From: Minisyncoccia bacterium
GTDB taxonomy: Bacteria; Patescibacteriota; Minisyncoccia; Phycocordibacterales; UBA918
Length of the DNA stretch: 64,000 nt
Reading direction: 5' to 3'
NCBI GenBank assembly: GCA_046598345.1
Contig: JBKJIT010000004.1
Location: 201,226 to 265,225, forward strand
Under the pieces are notes generated by a model, which saw only the letters and a list, made by a program, of their open reading frames with translations, was not told where the DNA came from and searched no databases. The position numbers were made by a program, and so were the translations under genes. Of this stretch, positions 42,102 to 51,417 are shown one piece after another; the first letter of the stretch is position 1; each line of letters opens with the position of its first letter.

Positions 42102-44117
42102 TTACCTGTTTAAGAGGGCTCGAGTTTGTGCACCTATAATTCCAACCGCAGGCAGCTGAAAGGCTCCCTGGAAGTGAAGCGCAGCGAGTTTAGTAGCCTC
42201 ACCAAAGAATCCGGTTGGCTCTCCAGAGAAAAATCCTTTTTGAGTAAGTACTTTCTGAAGTTCAGTAACTTCAGTACCACTGTCTCCAAATTGTAAAGTT
42301 TTAGTAAAATTATATTTGTACGTTCCGAGTACCTGACCGGGTGTCACAATCATAAATATGGTATTGCAGTTATTCACCTCATTTGATTCAAGCGTTACAT
42401 TGGTTGTGTCTACACAGTGCATCACTTCTAGTACGCCACTTTCCGATAGATAAATTTGCCCAGAAATGTCCATGAAACGACCTGATTCTGCTGTGGTCCC
42501 GTGCATGCCGGTGTTATTAACTGTTGTCCAAGGAGTTCCTGATGCATACCTGTAATAAAATGTATCAATGTAACCACTCGGAGCCTGTGCATATATTGAG
42601 TCATTTTTAACTTCTGCAGTGAAATTAACTGATTGTCCTTTTACCAAACTACCGGAAGACAACCTGAGTGCTTGACTGATAAGGTCTGGTCTTGTTGTGG
42701 TTCCGCCAGGTTGTACAACAACTGTTACAGAAGATGAAGCTGAGCCGTAAGAGTTAAAGCAAGTGACGCTATAAGTAGTTGTCTGCTTGGGATAGAAAAA
42801 CTGAACTGCAGTCGTAGCGTTCGTTGCATTTGCTGTATTCTTACATGCAGTGGCATTCGAACTTGAATACTTTAGGGCAGTATAATTTCCTGCTGTAATT
42901 AAATTTGGTGAAGCTGAAAGCGTCACTGTAGGATATGAGGGTTGTGGTACCGGTTGATTAATGCCGCGAATCATTTGATAGTTAGTAGCAAATTCTCCGA
43001 TAGGAAGGGGCAGATATTGATATCCAAGCGTTGTTGTAGTGCTGAAGTTAAGACTAGTCAATTCAGCTCTTATTGACTCCGTAAAAGCACCATTCAATTT
43101 CATAACTCCGTTAAAATTGAACGAACGTGTTGTTCCTGCGGCAATTTTATACAAATTCACTGGCTCTTCTAAAGAAGAAGATTCTAAAGATGCACTGACG
43201 ACAGAAATATATCCAGGAACTATTCCATCAGGTTTTTTAGCAGTAAAAGTAAGTCCCAAGCCTGTACTCGTCGACATGGCTGTAAACGTTGAATTTCGTC
43301 CAATGTACACATCCACTACTGGAGCGGTTACCTCAAACTCAATCGAATATACACCATGCACTTCTCCCGAATCTCCTATGGGTCTACTCTCTGCACTTGA
43401 ATCTGCAAAATCAATAATTGGATCTGGGATGGGAATTATTTTTACTGTAACAATATTACTCTGTCCATTTTCATTTGTTATATAAAGAGGATACGTGTTC
43501 CCAGGCGTAAGAGAAAATGGAACTGTAATCATAAGTTGAGTGTCTGTCGCCCACTTTGCTTTTGCTTGCATCCCTCCAATGGAAGCAGAAATTGCATCAA
43601 TAGAATTAATTCCAAGATACTTTCCATTAATAACCAAGTCCCCTGATGCATATGCTTCAAAACTTTGCGCTGCATAAGCTTCTGTTGATGCGATATACGG
43701 TTTGTATGAAAGTCCTGATGTTTGGGCAAGATTGAAATAATCGTTGCTATAGTCACACAATGGTTTAGAGGAAACAGGATCAATAGTCCCGTTATCGCAG
43801 ACGGCAACTTTATATTTACCAGGAGCAACAGTTGCAGGAACAGCAAGTGAATCAATTTGTTTTTTCTTTACATTGGTAAAGAGTGGAATTTTTGACACGA
43901 CACTCGCATTCATTGGGCTGTACAAAAAGGCAACCGGTTGTTTGGGAACATGGGTAGCACTCCAGGTAAAAGGAAGAAGATTTACATCTTTTCTTCCTAA
44001 AGAAATGGTCTCACCACCGTTAGGGGTAAGAATAGTAATTGAGGGAGTCTGCGCGGATGAGACTGCCGGCATAAGTAAACCAAGCGCAAATATAAAGCTT
44101 AGAAGCAGTTTTTTCAT
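42102..44117 (-). CDS. Surface protein paralog with Ig-like, CARDB and peptidoglycan-binding domains
   Basis: Signal peptide; PNGGE; PDL...ESNEVNN; C-terminal LQ.L..KG...GFFG..T. Confidence 0.75.
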   Translation of the reverse strand: MKKLLLSFIFALGLLMPAVSSAQTPSITILTPNGGETISLGRKDVNLLPFTWSATHVPKQPVAFLYSPMNASVVSKIPLFTNVKKKQIDSLAVPATVAPGKYKVAVCDNGTIDPVSSKPLCDYSNDYFNLAQTSGLSYKPYIASTEAYAAQSFEAYASGDLVINGKYLGINSIDAISASIGGMQAKAKWATDTQLMITVPFSLTPGNTYPLYITNENGQSNIVTVKIIPIPDPIIDFADSSAESRPIGDSGEVHGVYSIEFEVTAPVVDVYIGRNSTFTAMSTSTGLGLTFTAKKPDGIVPGYISVVSASLESSSLEEPVNLYKIAAGTTRSFNFNGVMKLNGAFTESIRAELTSLNFSTTTTLGYQYLPLPIGEFATNYQMIRGINQPVPQPSYPTVTLSASPNLITAGNYTALKYSSSNATACKNTANATNATTAVQFFYPKQTTTYSVTCFNSYGSASSSVTVVVQPGGTTTRPDLISQALRLSSGSLVKGQSVNFTAEVKNDSIYAQAPSGYIDTFYYRYASGTPWTTVNNTGMHGTTAESGRFMDISGQIYLSESGVLEVMHCVDTTNVTLESNEVNNCNTIFMIVTPGQVLGTYKYNFTKTLQFGDSGTEVTELQKVLTQKGFFSGEPTGFFGEATKLAALHFQGAFQLPAVGIIGAQTRALLNR

Positions 44118-44278
44118 CAGAATGAGTTTAGATTAATATGCACTTAGCATATCACCGTTCTCACAATATTATGAAGATGTCCCCAATGTCAGCCAATTTC
44201 AGCCCGATCTGATGGATTTGCTGGCTCTCTTTACTTACATTTAACTAAAAACAAATGCTTTTTGTTACACTTTCCTCG

Positions 44279-44451
44279 TTCATCGGGCTGTAAAAAAGTT
44301 TTCAACCCTCGTCTCGAAAGTAATATCCATATAAATATGATATTCTTTCTCGACTTCGGGCTGGATAAAGCATTTATACATCTCCTTTTCATTCGGTCAC
44401 AGTATCAAATAATGTATTTGTGATACTATGACACTCATTCATCGGGCTGTA
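44279..44451 (+). repeat. 14-bp direct repeat enclosing two hairpins, overlapping the tRNA 5' end
   Basis: TTCATCGGGCTGTA at 44279-44292 and 44438-44451. Confidence 0.75.
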
Positions 44452-44494
44452 GTATACCGGTAGTACGCGTCCATGTCGGGGAAAAAATAATTGT

Positions 44495-44565
44495 CGGGGT
44501 ATAGTATAGTGGTAGTACGTATCCATGGGGTGGATATAGTCTGAGTTCGATTCTCGGTACCCCGA
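44495..44565 (+). tRNA. tRNA-Pro(GGG), CCA not encoded
   Basis: CGGGGTA/TACCCCG acceptor, TATCC-ATGGGGT-GGATA anticodon arm, CTGAG-TTCGATT-CTCGG T-arm. Confidence 0.93.
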
Positions 44566-44619
44566 CAATTAATTTTTCCAGAAGCATGAGATGCTTCTGA
44601 TGTAGACCGGTTCACATCC

Positions 44620-44691
44620 TACAGATGCTGTATACCTTTCGCACTCCGCCAGCTAGCGGATGCTCTAGGTCTTGCGAAGCTCTGCTTCTCA
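44620..44691. mobile_element. TACAG...TTCTCA hairpin element within the outer tRNA T-arm
   Basis: Same terminal motifs as 34179-34267. Confidence 0.65.
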
Positions 44692-44720
44692 CCCGGCAGC
44701 CCGACAAACACAAAGGAAAT

Positions 44721-45020
44721 TTAATTAAGTCTCAGCCCATCTATCTTCTTTGCAAGTTCAAAGTCTGAATGCGTCAGACCTTTTGCATCATGCGTCGTAA
44801 GTGTGATCTTCACCTTGCCATACGATAGCTCCACAACTGGGTGATGGTTTAAGATTTCTGCATGTACAGTCACCTTTGCAATAAAGGCGAGGCCATTTAT
44901 GAATGAAGGGAAAAGAAACGTCTTAGAAAGTTCAGTCTTCTTTTTATTAAGTTGCCACTCCGAAAGAGCCTTTAATTTTTTATCAATATCTTTTGCGAGA
45001 AGTGCTTTCAGTGTACTCAT
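44721..45020 (-). CDS. Pterin-4-alpha-carbinolamine dehydratase
   Basis: AE..NHHP, LTTHDA.GLT..DF.LA. Confidence 0.9.
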   Translation of the reverse strand: MSTLKALLAKDIDKKLKALSEWQLNKKKTELSKTFLFPSFINGLAFIAKVTVHAEILNHHPVVELSYGKVKITLTTHDAKGLTHSDFELAKKIDGLRLN

Positions 45021-45040
45021 ACAGTAAGAATACCATGTTC

Positions 45041-46015
45041 CTATGGGCGCTCTAGTGCGTCAATGAGAAGATGAGTTATAAAATCCTTGTACGTTCCACC
45101 AACTGCAAGAATTGCTTTTGGCAATAATGAGTTAGGTGTTAATCCTGGAAGTGTATTAACTTCGAGAAAATAGATTCCGTCAGGGGCAACTATAAAGTCT
45201 GACCGTGAATACTGCGAGAGATCAAGTGTTTCATGTGCTAGTTTCGCCCACGCTTCCAGAGTTGCTTTTGTTTCATGATTAAATCTCGAAGGGCAGATTT
45301 CCTCTGTTTCACCCGAATACTTCACCTCTCTATCAAAAAACTCAGCGTGAGGCGGTGGTACGATCTCAATTGGTGGTAGTGCGTAAAGTGCCGTATCTCG
45401 ATAATTCTCAACTACACCACAAGTTGCTTCCCTTCCCTCAATTCGTGCTTCTACAATGACCTCTTCAAAGTTCTTCAGTGCATCGGTAAGCGCTTGTGGT
45501 AGAAGTGCAGGATTTTTGACCATCATCGTTCCCACGGAAGAACCAGATGAAACTGGTTTAATAACATACTGTGGACCAAATCTATCAACGATCTTATTCG
45601 AAATGGCGTGGACATCATGGAGAGCGTCCCTCCTCACGATCATATGCGGAGCCATTTTGATCCCGGTATCCTTCAGCATGTCTTTCGTAAGGCCTTTATT
45701 CATTGCTATTCCGGAGGCCAGTGCCTTACTCCCTGTATATTTCACCTTGTAGCGATCGAGAATTCGCTGGACAGTTCCGTCTTCTCCGTATGCCCCGTGA
45801 AGCGCATTAAAAACGACGTCTACTGCGTGGAGTACCTGCTCGGGGAGACGCTCCCGTCCATCAATGAGCCACTCTCCGCGTTTCGTAATTACAATATCAA
45901 TAGGATCAAACCGCGAGCGATCGAGAGCAGCAAGAACTCCTGCACCGGTTTCGAGTGAAATCGGGTATTCGTCACTTGGCCCGCCGCGCAAAACTGCTAC
46001 CCGTATGTTATGCAT
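45041..46015 (-). CDS. ddl: D-alanine--D-alanine ligase
   Basis: GGPS.E...SL, HGAYGEDG, GSSVG, LEVNTLPG. Confidence 0.95.
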   Translation of the reverse strand: MHNIRVAVLRGGPSDEYPISLETGAGVLAALDRSRFDPIDIVITKRGEWLIDGRERLPEQVLHAVDVVFNALHGAYGEDGTVQRILDRYKVKYTGSKALASGIAMNKGLTKDMLKDTGIKMAPHMIVRRDALHDVHAISNKIVDRFGPQYVIKPVSSGSSVGTMMVKNPALLPQALTDALKNFEEVIVEARIEGREATCGVVENYRDTALYALPPIEIVPPPHAEFFDREVKYSGETEEICPSRFNHETKATLEAWAKLAHETLDLSQYSRSDFIVAPDGIYFLEVNTLPGLTPNSLLPKAILAVGGTYKDFITHLLIDALERP

Positions 46016-46109
46016 ACCGTAAGTTTATCATGCAGACTTTTCTGCCGGCGCATATTTATACAGGTCACGATATGCTATTTTTTTCACATTGGGTGTAACT
46101 GGCAGTGCG

Positions 46110-47342
46110 CTACTTTCGTTGTATTTTCCTTTTTGATCTGTGATACGTAATGGCAAAACGGTGTGCCTCAGCGTTCGCAAGCAAGATTTCATTTTGATAC
46201 TCACGCACAATTTTGGTAGCCCCAATCACTCGTACTGGTTTATGAGCTTCATTCTTTACTACACCAACCACTGGTATTACCATCGCGTGTCGCTTTAGTA
46301 CGCGTTCCGCTGCATTTTTTTGCGCTGTACTGCCATCTACCACAATAATTTGGGGAAATGGCCATTCAGGATGTCCAAGGCGCCTTTCAAGGACTTCACG
46401 CAGTGCCGCTGTGTCATTTGATTTTTGGACACTCTCGATCTTAAACTTACGATAACTGTCCTTAGCGAGTGTACCCGATTCAAGTACAGTCATAACCCCC
46501 ACCATATGTTCACCTCCCATATGTGCAATATCATACGCCTCAATTCGAATCTCTTTTTCATCTCGGTACACGCGCGTCTCTTCCTTCATCAGTGCAATGT
46601 CCTGAATGTGGGTTAACGCAAAAATCTTTCGCTTTACGGTAGTAGCTTCCTCAAATCGCTCAGCCTTAGCAAGGAGCACCATCTCTCGAGTAAGTTCTTT
46701 AATGATCTGTCCCTTTTTGCCTTCAAAAAATAGCTTGATATGTCGTATCGTCTTTGCGTACTCTTCTTTACTTTGTACTCCTGGATAGAGGCCAATCTGT
46801 CGATTAAAATCTATTTTCCCTCGCGACATTTTAGTTGTGCTTTCTTGCACTGACTTTGTCGTATCATAAAATTGAAAAAGCTTCCTGATGATTTTTAAAG
46901 CATCCCTAAACAGCAGTCCATTAGGAAACGGACCAAATACATACTTGCAATCGAGCTCATCATATTTTTCGTGGAGATCCTTTCCACGTATAACAAGCAC
47001 GCGAGGGAACTCTTCATTAGTAATAATGAGATGGTTAAAACTTTTATCATCTTTCGAGCGCGTATTGCAGCGAGGTTTGTGCGTACGAATGAGATTTACT
47101 TCAAGAATCATCGCCTCAAGCACAGAATCAGTGATCGTCCAACTAATCTCGCGAGCATCTCTTACCATCTGCGAAATAAGCTCGCTCCGTTTCTCGTGAA
47201 GTGCTGGATCAAAATAACTTCGAATGCGGTGACGAAGAGACGTAGCTTTTCCAATGTACAGAATTTCCTTATTTCTTCCGAGAAAAAAATATACCCCAGG
47301 AGTATCGGGGATATTTCGCTTTGTAAATCGATCTTTCGTCAT
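46110..47342 (-). CDS. uvrC: Excinuclease ABC subunit C (short form)
   Basis: PGVY..YIGKA GIY-YIG domain, UVR motif, IEAYDIAH and VDG RNase H domain; no C-terminal HhH. Confidence 0.88.
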   Translation of the reverse strand: MTKDRFTKRNIPDTPGVYFFLGRNKEILYIGKATSLRHRIRSYFDPALHEKRSELISQMVRDAREISWTITDSVLEAMILEVNLIRTHKPRCNTRSKDDKSFNHLIITNEEFPRVLVIRGKDLHEKYDELDCKYVFGPFPNGLLFRDALKIIRKLFQFYDTTKSVQESTTKMSRGKIDFNRQIGLYPGVQSKEEYAKTIRHIKLFFEGKKGQIIKELTREMVLLAKAERFEEATTVKRKIFALTHIQDIALMKEETRVYRDEKEIRIEAYDIAHMGGEHMVGVMTVLESGTLAKDSYRKFKIESVQKSNDTAALREVLERRLGHPEWPFPQIIVVDGSTAQKNAAERVLKRHAMVIPVVGVVKNEAHKPVRVIGATKIVREYQNEILLANAEAHRFAITYHRSKRKIQRK

Positions 47343-47346
47343 GTAG

Positions 47347-49977
47347 TTAGAGAAGACGCTTTAAATACTGTCCAGTGTACGATTTAGGATTCTTTGCAAC
47401 TTCTTCTGGAGTTCCCTTCGCAACAAGTGAGCCGCCATGCTCACCACCTTCGGGTCCAATATCAATCACATAGTCAGCACACTTAATAAGATCGAGATTG
47501 TGCTCAATTACCATAACCGTATTTCCTCGCTCAACGAGCTGTTGCAGAATATGAATCAGATTTTTAACATCTTCAAAGTGAAGTCCAATTGTTGGTTCGT
47601 CGAGTAAATACATGGTTTTTTGCGTGTGTGGTCGATACAGTTCCGATGCAATTTTAACACGTTGAGCCTCCCCTCCCGAAAGGGTCGTAGCACTTTGCCC
47701 TAGTTCTAGATAGCCTAGGCCGACATCGAGCAGTGACTGTAATCGCTCATGAATAGGCGGCACATCCTTAAAAAAGGCATCTGCTTCCTCAATCGTCATA
47801 TGGAGTACTTCGTGAATATTTTTCTTTTTATAGGTAACTTCAAGTGTCTCTTTAGTAAAGCGTTTTTCATCACAGACATCGCATATCACAAAGACTGTGG
47901 GAAGAAAGTGCATCTCGACTGCAATAAGTCCGTTTCCTTGGCACGCTTCACAGCGACCGCCCTTCACGTTAAATGAAAAGCGTCCGGCCTTCCATCCCCG
48001 AGCACGAGCTTCGCTTGTTGCGGCAAAAAGATCACGAATGTGCGTAAAAGCCCCAGTGTACGTAGCGGGGTTTGACCTCGGTGTTCTACCAATTGGCGAC
48101 TGATCAATAAGAATGGTTCTGCCGAGATATTCTGACCCCGTAAAGCTTGCTGCGTTGTAGGTATGCGGTGTGCGAAATTTCTTCTCTAATCTTGAGCGAA
48201 GATTCTTGTGGAGAATCTCATACATGAATGTCGATTTTCCACTTCCAGAAACACCCGTGACCGCTATCAGGCGGCTGAGTGGAATATCAACGTGTAAGTT
48301 TTGAATGTTGAAGGCTTTACCACCTCGAATCTTGATGCTTCCGCGTTCAGCTTCTCGACGTTTCTCTGGTACCTCAATCTTTCGTTTGCCGCGAAGGTAA
48401 TCCAGGGTGATCGAGTTTGAAGTATTTGTTTTTGCCTTAAGGAGTGGGTCAAGATAGCCAGCAACTACAATTTCTCCTCCATGAATGCCTGCCCCAGGAC
48501 CAATATCAACGATGTAATCTGATGCAAAAATTGTATCTTCGTCGTGTTCTACAATAATAATGGTATTGCCCAAATCTCGAAGTGATGTGAGTGTTTGTAT
48601 GAGTCGCTCATTGTCTCGCTGATGAAGGCCAATAGTTGGCTCATCGAGTACATACATTGCTCCCACAAGTCCTGATCCAAGTTGTGATGCGAGGCGGATA
48701 CGCTGTGCTTCTCCTCCAGAAAGGGTGTTCGCTCGACGATCCAGGGTGAGATACTGAATACCAACATTGACCATGAAATCGAGTCGTTCAATGATTTCAC
48801 GGAGCGCAGGCCACGCAATATCTTGGTCTTTTTTTGAAAGCTTCAGTGTTGTTATAAATGCAACAGCGTCCTTAATAGTCATGCTCGTGAAATCCACAAT
48901 ATTCTTACCCAAATCATTTTTTCCATCTCCGCCAAGGTACACGCGAAGTGCCTCTTTTCGGAGACGTGCCCCATTACAGCTCCCACAAACGTCTGTATTA
49001 AAAATCCCAGCTGTTCCGAGTCCATTACACTCCTCACATGCGCCATATGGAGAATTGAAGGAAAAGAGTCGGGGCTCAACCTCAGGAAAAGATGATCCGT
49101 CCGTTGGGCAGATAAATTTCGCTGAGAGAATTCGCTCGTGTCCATCAGGAGTAATTATTTTAACCATGCCGTTTGACTCCTTAAGTGCAAGCTCCACCGC
49201 TTCCGAAAGTCGTTCTTTTGAGCCTTTTGGATCATGCGAGAATTCACTGACATAGATTTCATCAATGAGCACATCAATGTCGTGTCGATGTGTCTTTGAG
49301 AGAATGATTTTTTCTCTGAGCTGCTTTATTTCACCATCAATCTTCACGGCCTCATACCCCTTTCCAAGAAGATCATAGAGAAGTTGGTAATACTCACCCT
49401 TTCGACCTACGACAAGCGGCGAGAAAATGGAAACTCGATGCGAACTGACCTCAACTCCCATCACCTCAGTTTTAGAATCTTTTTTGGCTTTTTTGATTTC
49501 CTTATCTTGAATTGATTTAAGAATAATTCCCAAGATTTCATCTTGTGAGAGCTTTTCAATTTTTACATCAACATCAAGACAGTATGGTTGTCCAATGCGT
49601 GCATAGAGAATACGAAGATAGTCATAAATTTCCGTGATTGTAGCTACAGTAGAGCGCGGATTTCTTGAAGCAGATTTTTGATCAATCGAAATTGCAGGAC
49701 TGAGACCTGAAATCTCATCGACGTCTGGCTTCTGCATCTGTTTAAGAAACTGTCGAGCATATGCTGAGAGTGATTCTACATACCGACGCTGTCCCTCTGC
49801 AAAAATAGTATCGAATGCAAGCGATGACTTCCCACTCCCTGAAAGACCAGTAAAAACCGTCATTTTATTCCGTGGCATCGTAAGATCCACGTTTTTGAGG
49901 TTGTGGGTACGAGCACCGCGTATTACGATTTCATCGTTTTTCTCATTCCACGAAGTTTTAATAGGTTTCTTTTGCAT
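47347..49977 (-). CDS. uvrA: Excinuclease ABC subunit A
   Basis: [14 protein letters not shown], two LSGGEAQR motifs, Zn fingers. Confidence 0.97.
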   Translation of the reverse strand: MQKKPIKTSWNEKNDEIVIRGARTHNLKNVDLTMPRNKMTVFTGLSGSGKSSLAFDTIFAEGQRRYVESLSAYARQFLKQMQKPDVDEISGLSPAISIDQKSASRNPRSTVATITEIYDYLRILYARIGQPYCLDVDVKIEKLSQDEILGIILKSIQDKEIKKAKKDSKTEVMGVEVSSHRVSIFSPLVVGRKGEYYQLLYDLLGKGYEAVKIDGEIKQLREKIILSKTHRHDIDVLIDEIYVSEFSHDPKGSKERLSEAVELALKESNGMVKIITPDGHERILSAKFICPTDGSSFPEVEPRLFSFNSPYGACEECNGLGTAGIFNTDVCGSCNGARLRKEALRVYLGGDGKNDLGKNIVDFTSMTIKDAVAFITTLKLSKKDQDIAWPALREIIERLDFMVNVGIQYLTLDRRANTLSGGEAQRIRLASQLGSGLVGAMYVLDEPTIGLHQRDNERLIQTLTSLRDLGNTIIIVEHDEDTIFASDYIVDIGPGAGIHGGEIVVAGYLDPLLKAKTNTSNSITLDYLRGKRKIEVPEKRREAERGSIKIRGGKAFNIQNLHVDIPLSRLIAVTGVSGSGKSTFMYEILHKNLRSRLEKKFRTPHTYNAASFTGSEYLGRTILIDQSPIGRTPRSNPATYTGAFTHIRDLFAATSEARARGWKAGRFSFNVKGGRCEACQGNGLIAVEMHFLPTVFVICDVCDEKRFTKETLEVTYKKKNIHEVLHMTIEEADAFFKDVPPIHERLQSLLDVGLGYLELGQSATTLSGGEAQRVKIASELYRPHTQKTMYLLDEPTIGLHFEDVKNLIHILQQLVERGNTVMVIEHNLDLIKCADYVIDIGPEGGEHGGSLVAKGTPEEVAKNPKSYTGQYLKRLL

Positions 49978-50079
49978 ACAAATATACCCCCGCATGAGGG
50001 CAAAGGTATACCTACTTTATCACATTCAGAGAACGGGAGATAATTATGAGTTTTTGAGGGATGTACCCTGTACTTGCTA

Positions 50080-51417
50080 TTACCTAGGGAGAGTTAGCAC
50101 TACTTGAGTACCAACTCCTTTGATAGATTCCACCCCAATAGAGCCCCCCATGAGTTCGACAAGCTCTTTGGTAATCCACATACCAAGCCCCGTCCCGGTC
50201 ACCTGTTCTACTTCTTTTGAATTCACTCGGTAAAACGGAGCAAAAAGCTTCTTTTGATTTTCTGCCGAGATTCCCATACCGGTATCTTTGACGCGAATCT
50301 CTATTCGATCACTTCTTGATTCCAGGGCCACAACAATTGATCCCCGCTCCGTGTATTTAATTGCATTGCTCATTACATTAGTAAGGATCTGAAACAAACG
50401 TTTTTCGTCAGTTGTGATCAAAACCTCAGCGTTAATCCCCTCTGCAGTAATAACAATATTTTTCTCATGAGCAGAAATCTGGATTGCTTCAACAACCCCA
50501 GCAATCACCGATCCAACATCAGTATCTTTTTTAACAATATTCATTTTCCCTGATTGGAGTCGCGCAATATCAAGGAGATCGCTCACAATAGTTACCAAAC
50601 GTTCTGCAGAAGATTCAATTCGTGAAGCCTGTGTGCGCGTTTCAGAATCGATTTGCTTCTTTTCTCTAATAAGACTTGCGTAGCCTCGTATGGCGGTAAG
50701 TGGCGCGCGTAATTCATGTGCGACCATATTAGTGAACATATCTTTGGTTTCACTAGCACGCTTTGTTTCTTGATAGAGATAGGCATAGTCAATGAGTCGC
50801 ACATGACGAATGATGAGAAAAAGCACTATTACAATAATACCAAAGAGCCAGTAGTACGCGGTCATGATCCTAGAGGCGAAAAGTGTATCGATATGGAGAA
50901 GTGAGGTCTCTGTACTAATAAAATATGTTTCCCCATCTACTCCATGCACCAGCTTCATACTCTGCCAATAGCGCACGCCATGAGCTGCAAAGGGCGTTAT
51001 TAGAGATTCATTAGGGTTTGTGTAGGCAATCCGGTATGGCAGTTCATTTTCAATTGTAGTTCCTATCGTTGTTGTATCGAGTGATGCAATAATTTTGATA
51101 GACCCCTGCTCTTCAACTGCAATATTAAATGAAACAATATCCAGGTTCTCCACTGCTAGTTTCTTGAGTTCTAATTGTATAAGTGCAGGATCATACGAAG
51201 CTGCGTGTATGAATGAGGTAAATACATCATGGAGGAGTCCAATTCGATCTTTCTCCAGTCGTTCTTGATTTTCTCGTGCGGCATTCAAAAATTGCTGGCC
51301 ACTGAGAAGAAACGCAAGAGGTACAATCAAAACCAGCACGAACGTCATGACAAGCTGTGGGTGTCTTCCGACATATCCACCACCACGCGTCACGAGTGAG
51401 ATTAGTTTGCTGATCAT
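50080..51417 (-). CDS. Sensor histidine kinase
   Basis: Two TMs, HELRAPL, NAIKYT, DTGMG, GTGLG. Confidence 0.93.
   Translation of the reverse strand: MISKLISLVTRGGGYVGRHPQLVMTFVLVLIVPLAFLLSGQQFLNAARENQERLEKDRIGLLHDVFTSFIHAASYDPALIQLELKKLAVENLDIVSFNIAVEEQGSIKIIASLDTTTIGTTIENELPYRIAYTNPNESLITPFAAHGVRYWQSMKLVHGVDGETYFISTETSLLHIDTLFASRIMTAYYWLFGIIVIVLFLIIRHVRLIDYAYLYQETKRASETKDMFTNMVAHELRAPLTAIRGYASLIREKKQIDSETRTQASRIESSAERLVTIVSDLLDIARLQSGKMNIVKKDTDVGSVIAGVVEAIQISAHEKNIVITAEGINAEVLITTDEKRLFQILTNVMSNAIKYTERGSIVVALESRSDRIEIRVKDTGMGISAENQKKLFAPFYRVNSKEVEQVTGTGLGMWITKELVELMGGSIGVESIKGVGTQVVLTLPR

Larger units (their letters stand above)
44443..44704 (+). pseudogene. Interrupted outer tRNA-Pro in three pieces
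   Basis: 44443-44475 acceptor to anticodon; 44599-44619 GATG-TAGA-CCGG-TTCACAT-CC; 44692-44704 CCCGG-CAGCCCG-A pairs with 5' CGGGCTG. Confidence 0.7.

Noticed and set aside
44476-44691. Group I/II intron in tRNA-Pro
   Set aside because: Inserts are too short, and I could not find group I P7 or group II domain V core motifs
46110-47342. uvrC as a pseudogene
   Set aside because: Both nuclease domains are intact in one open frame; a compact form is more likely
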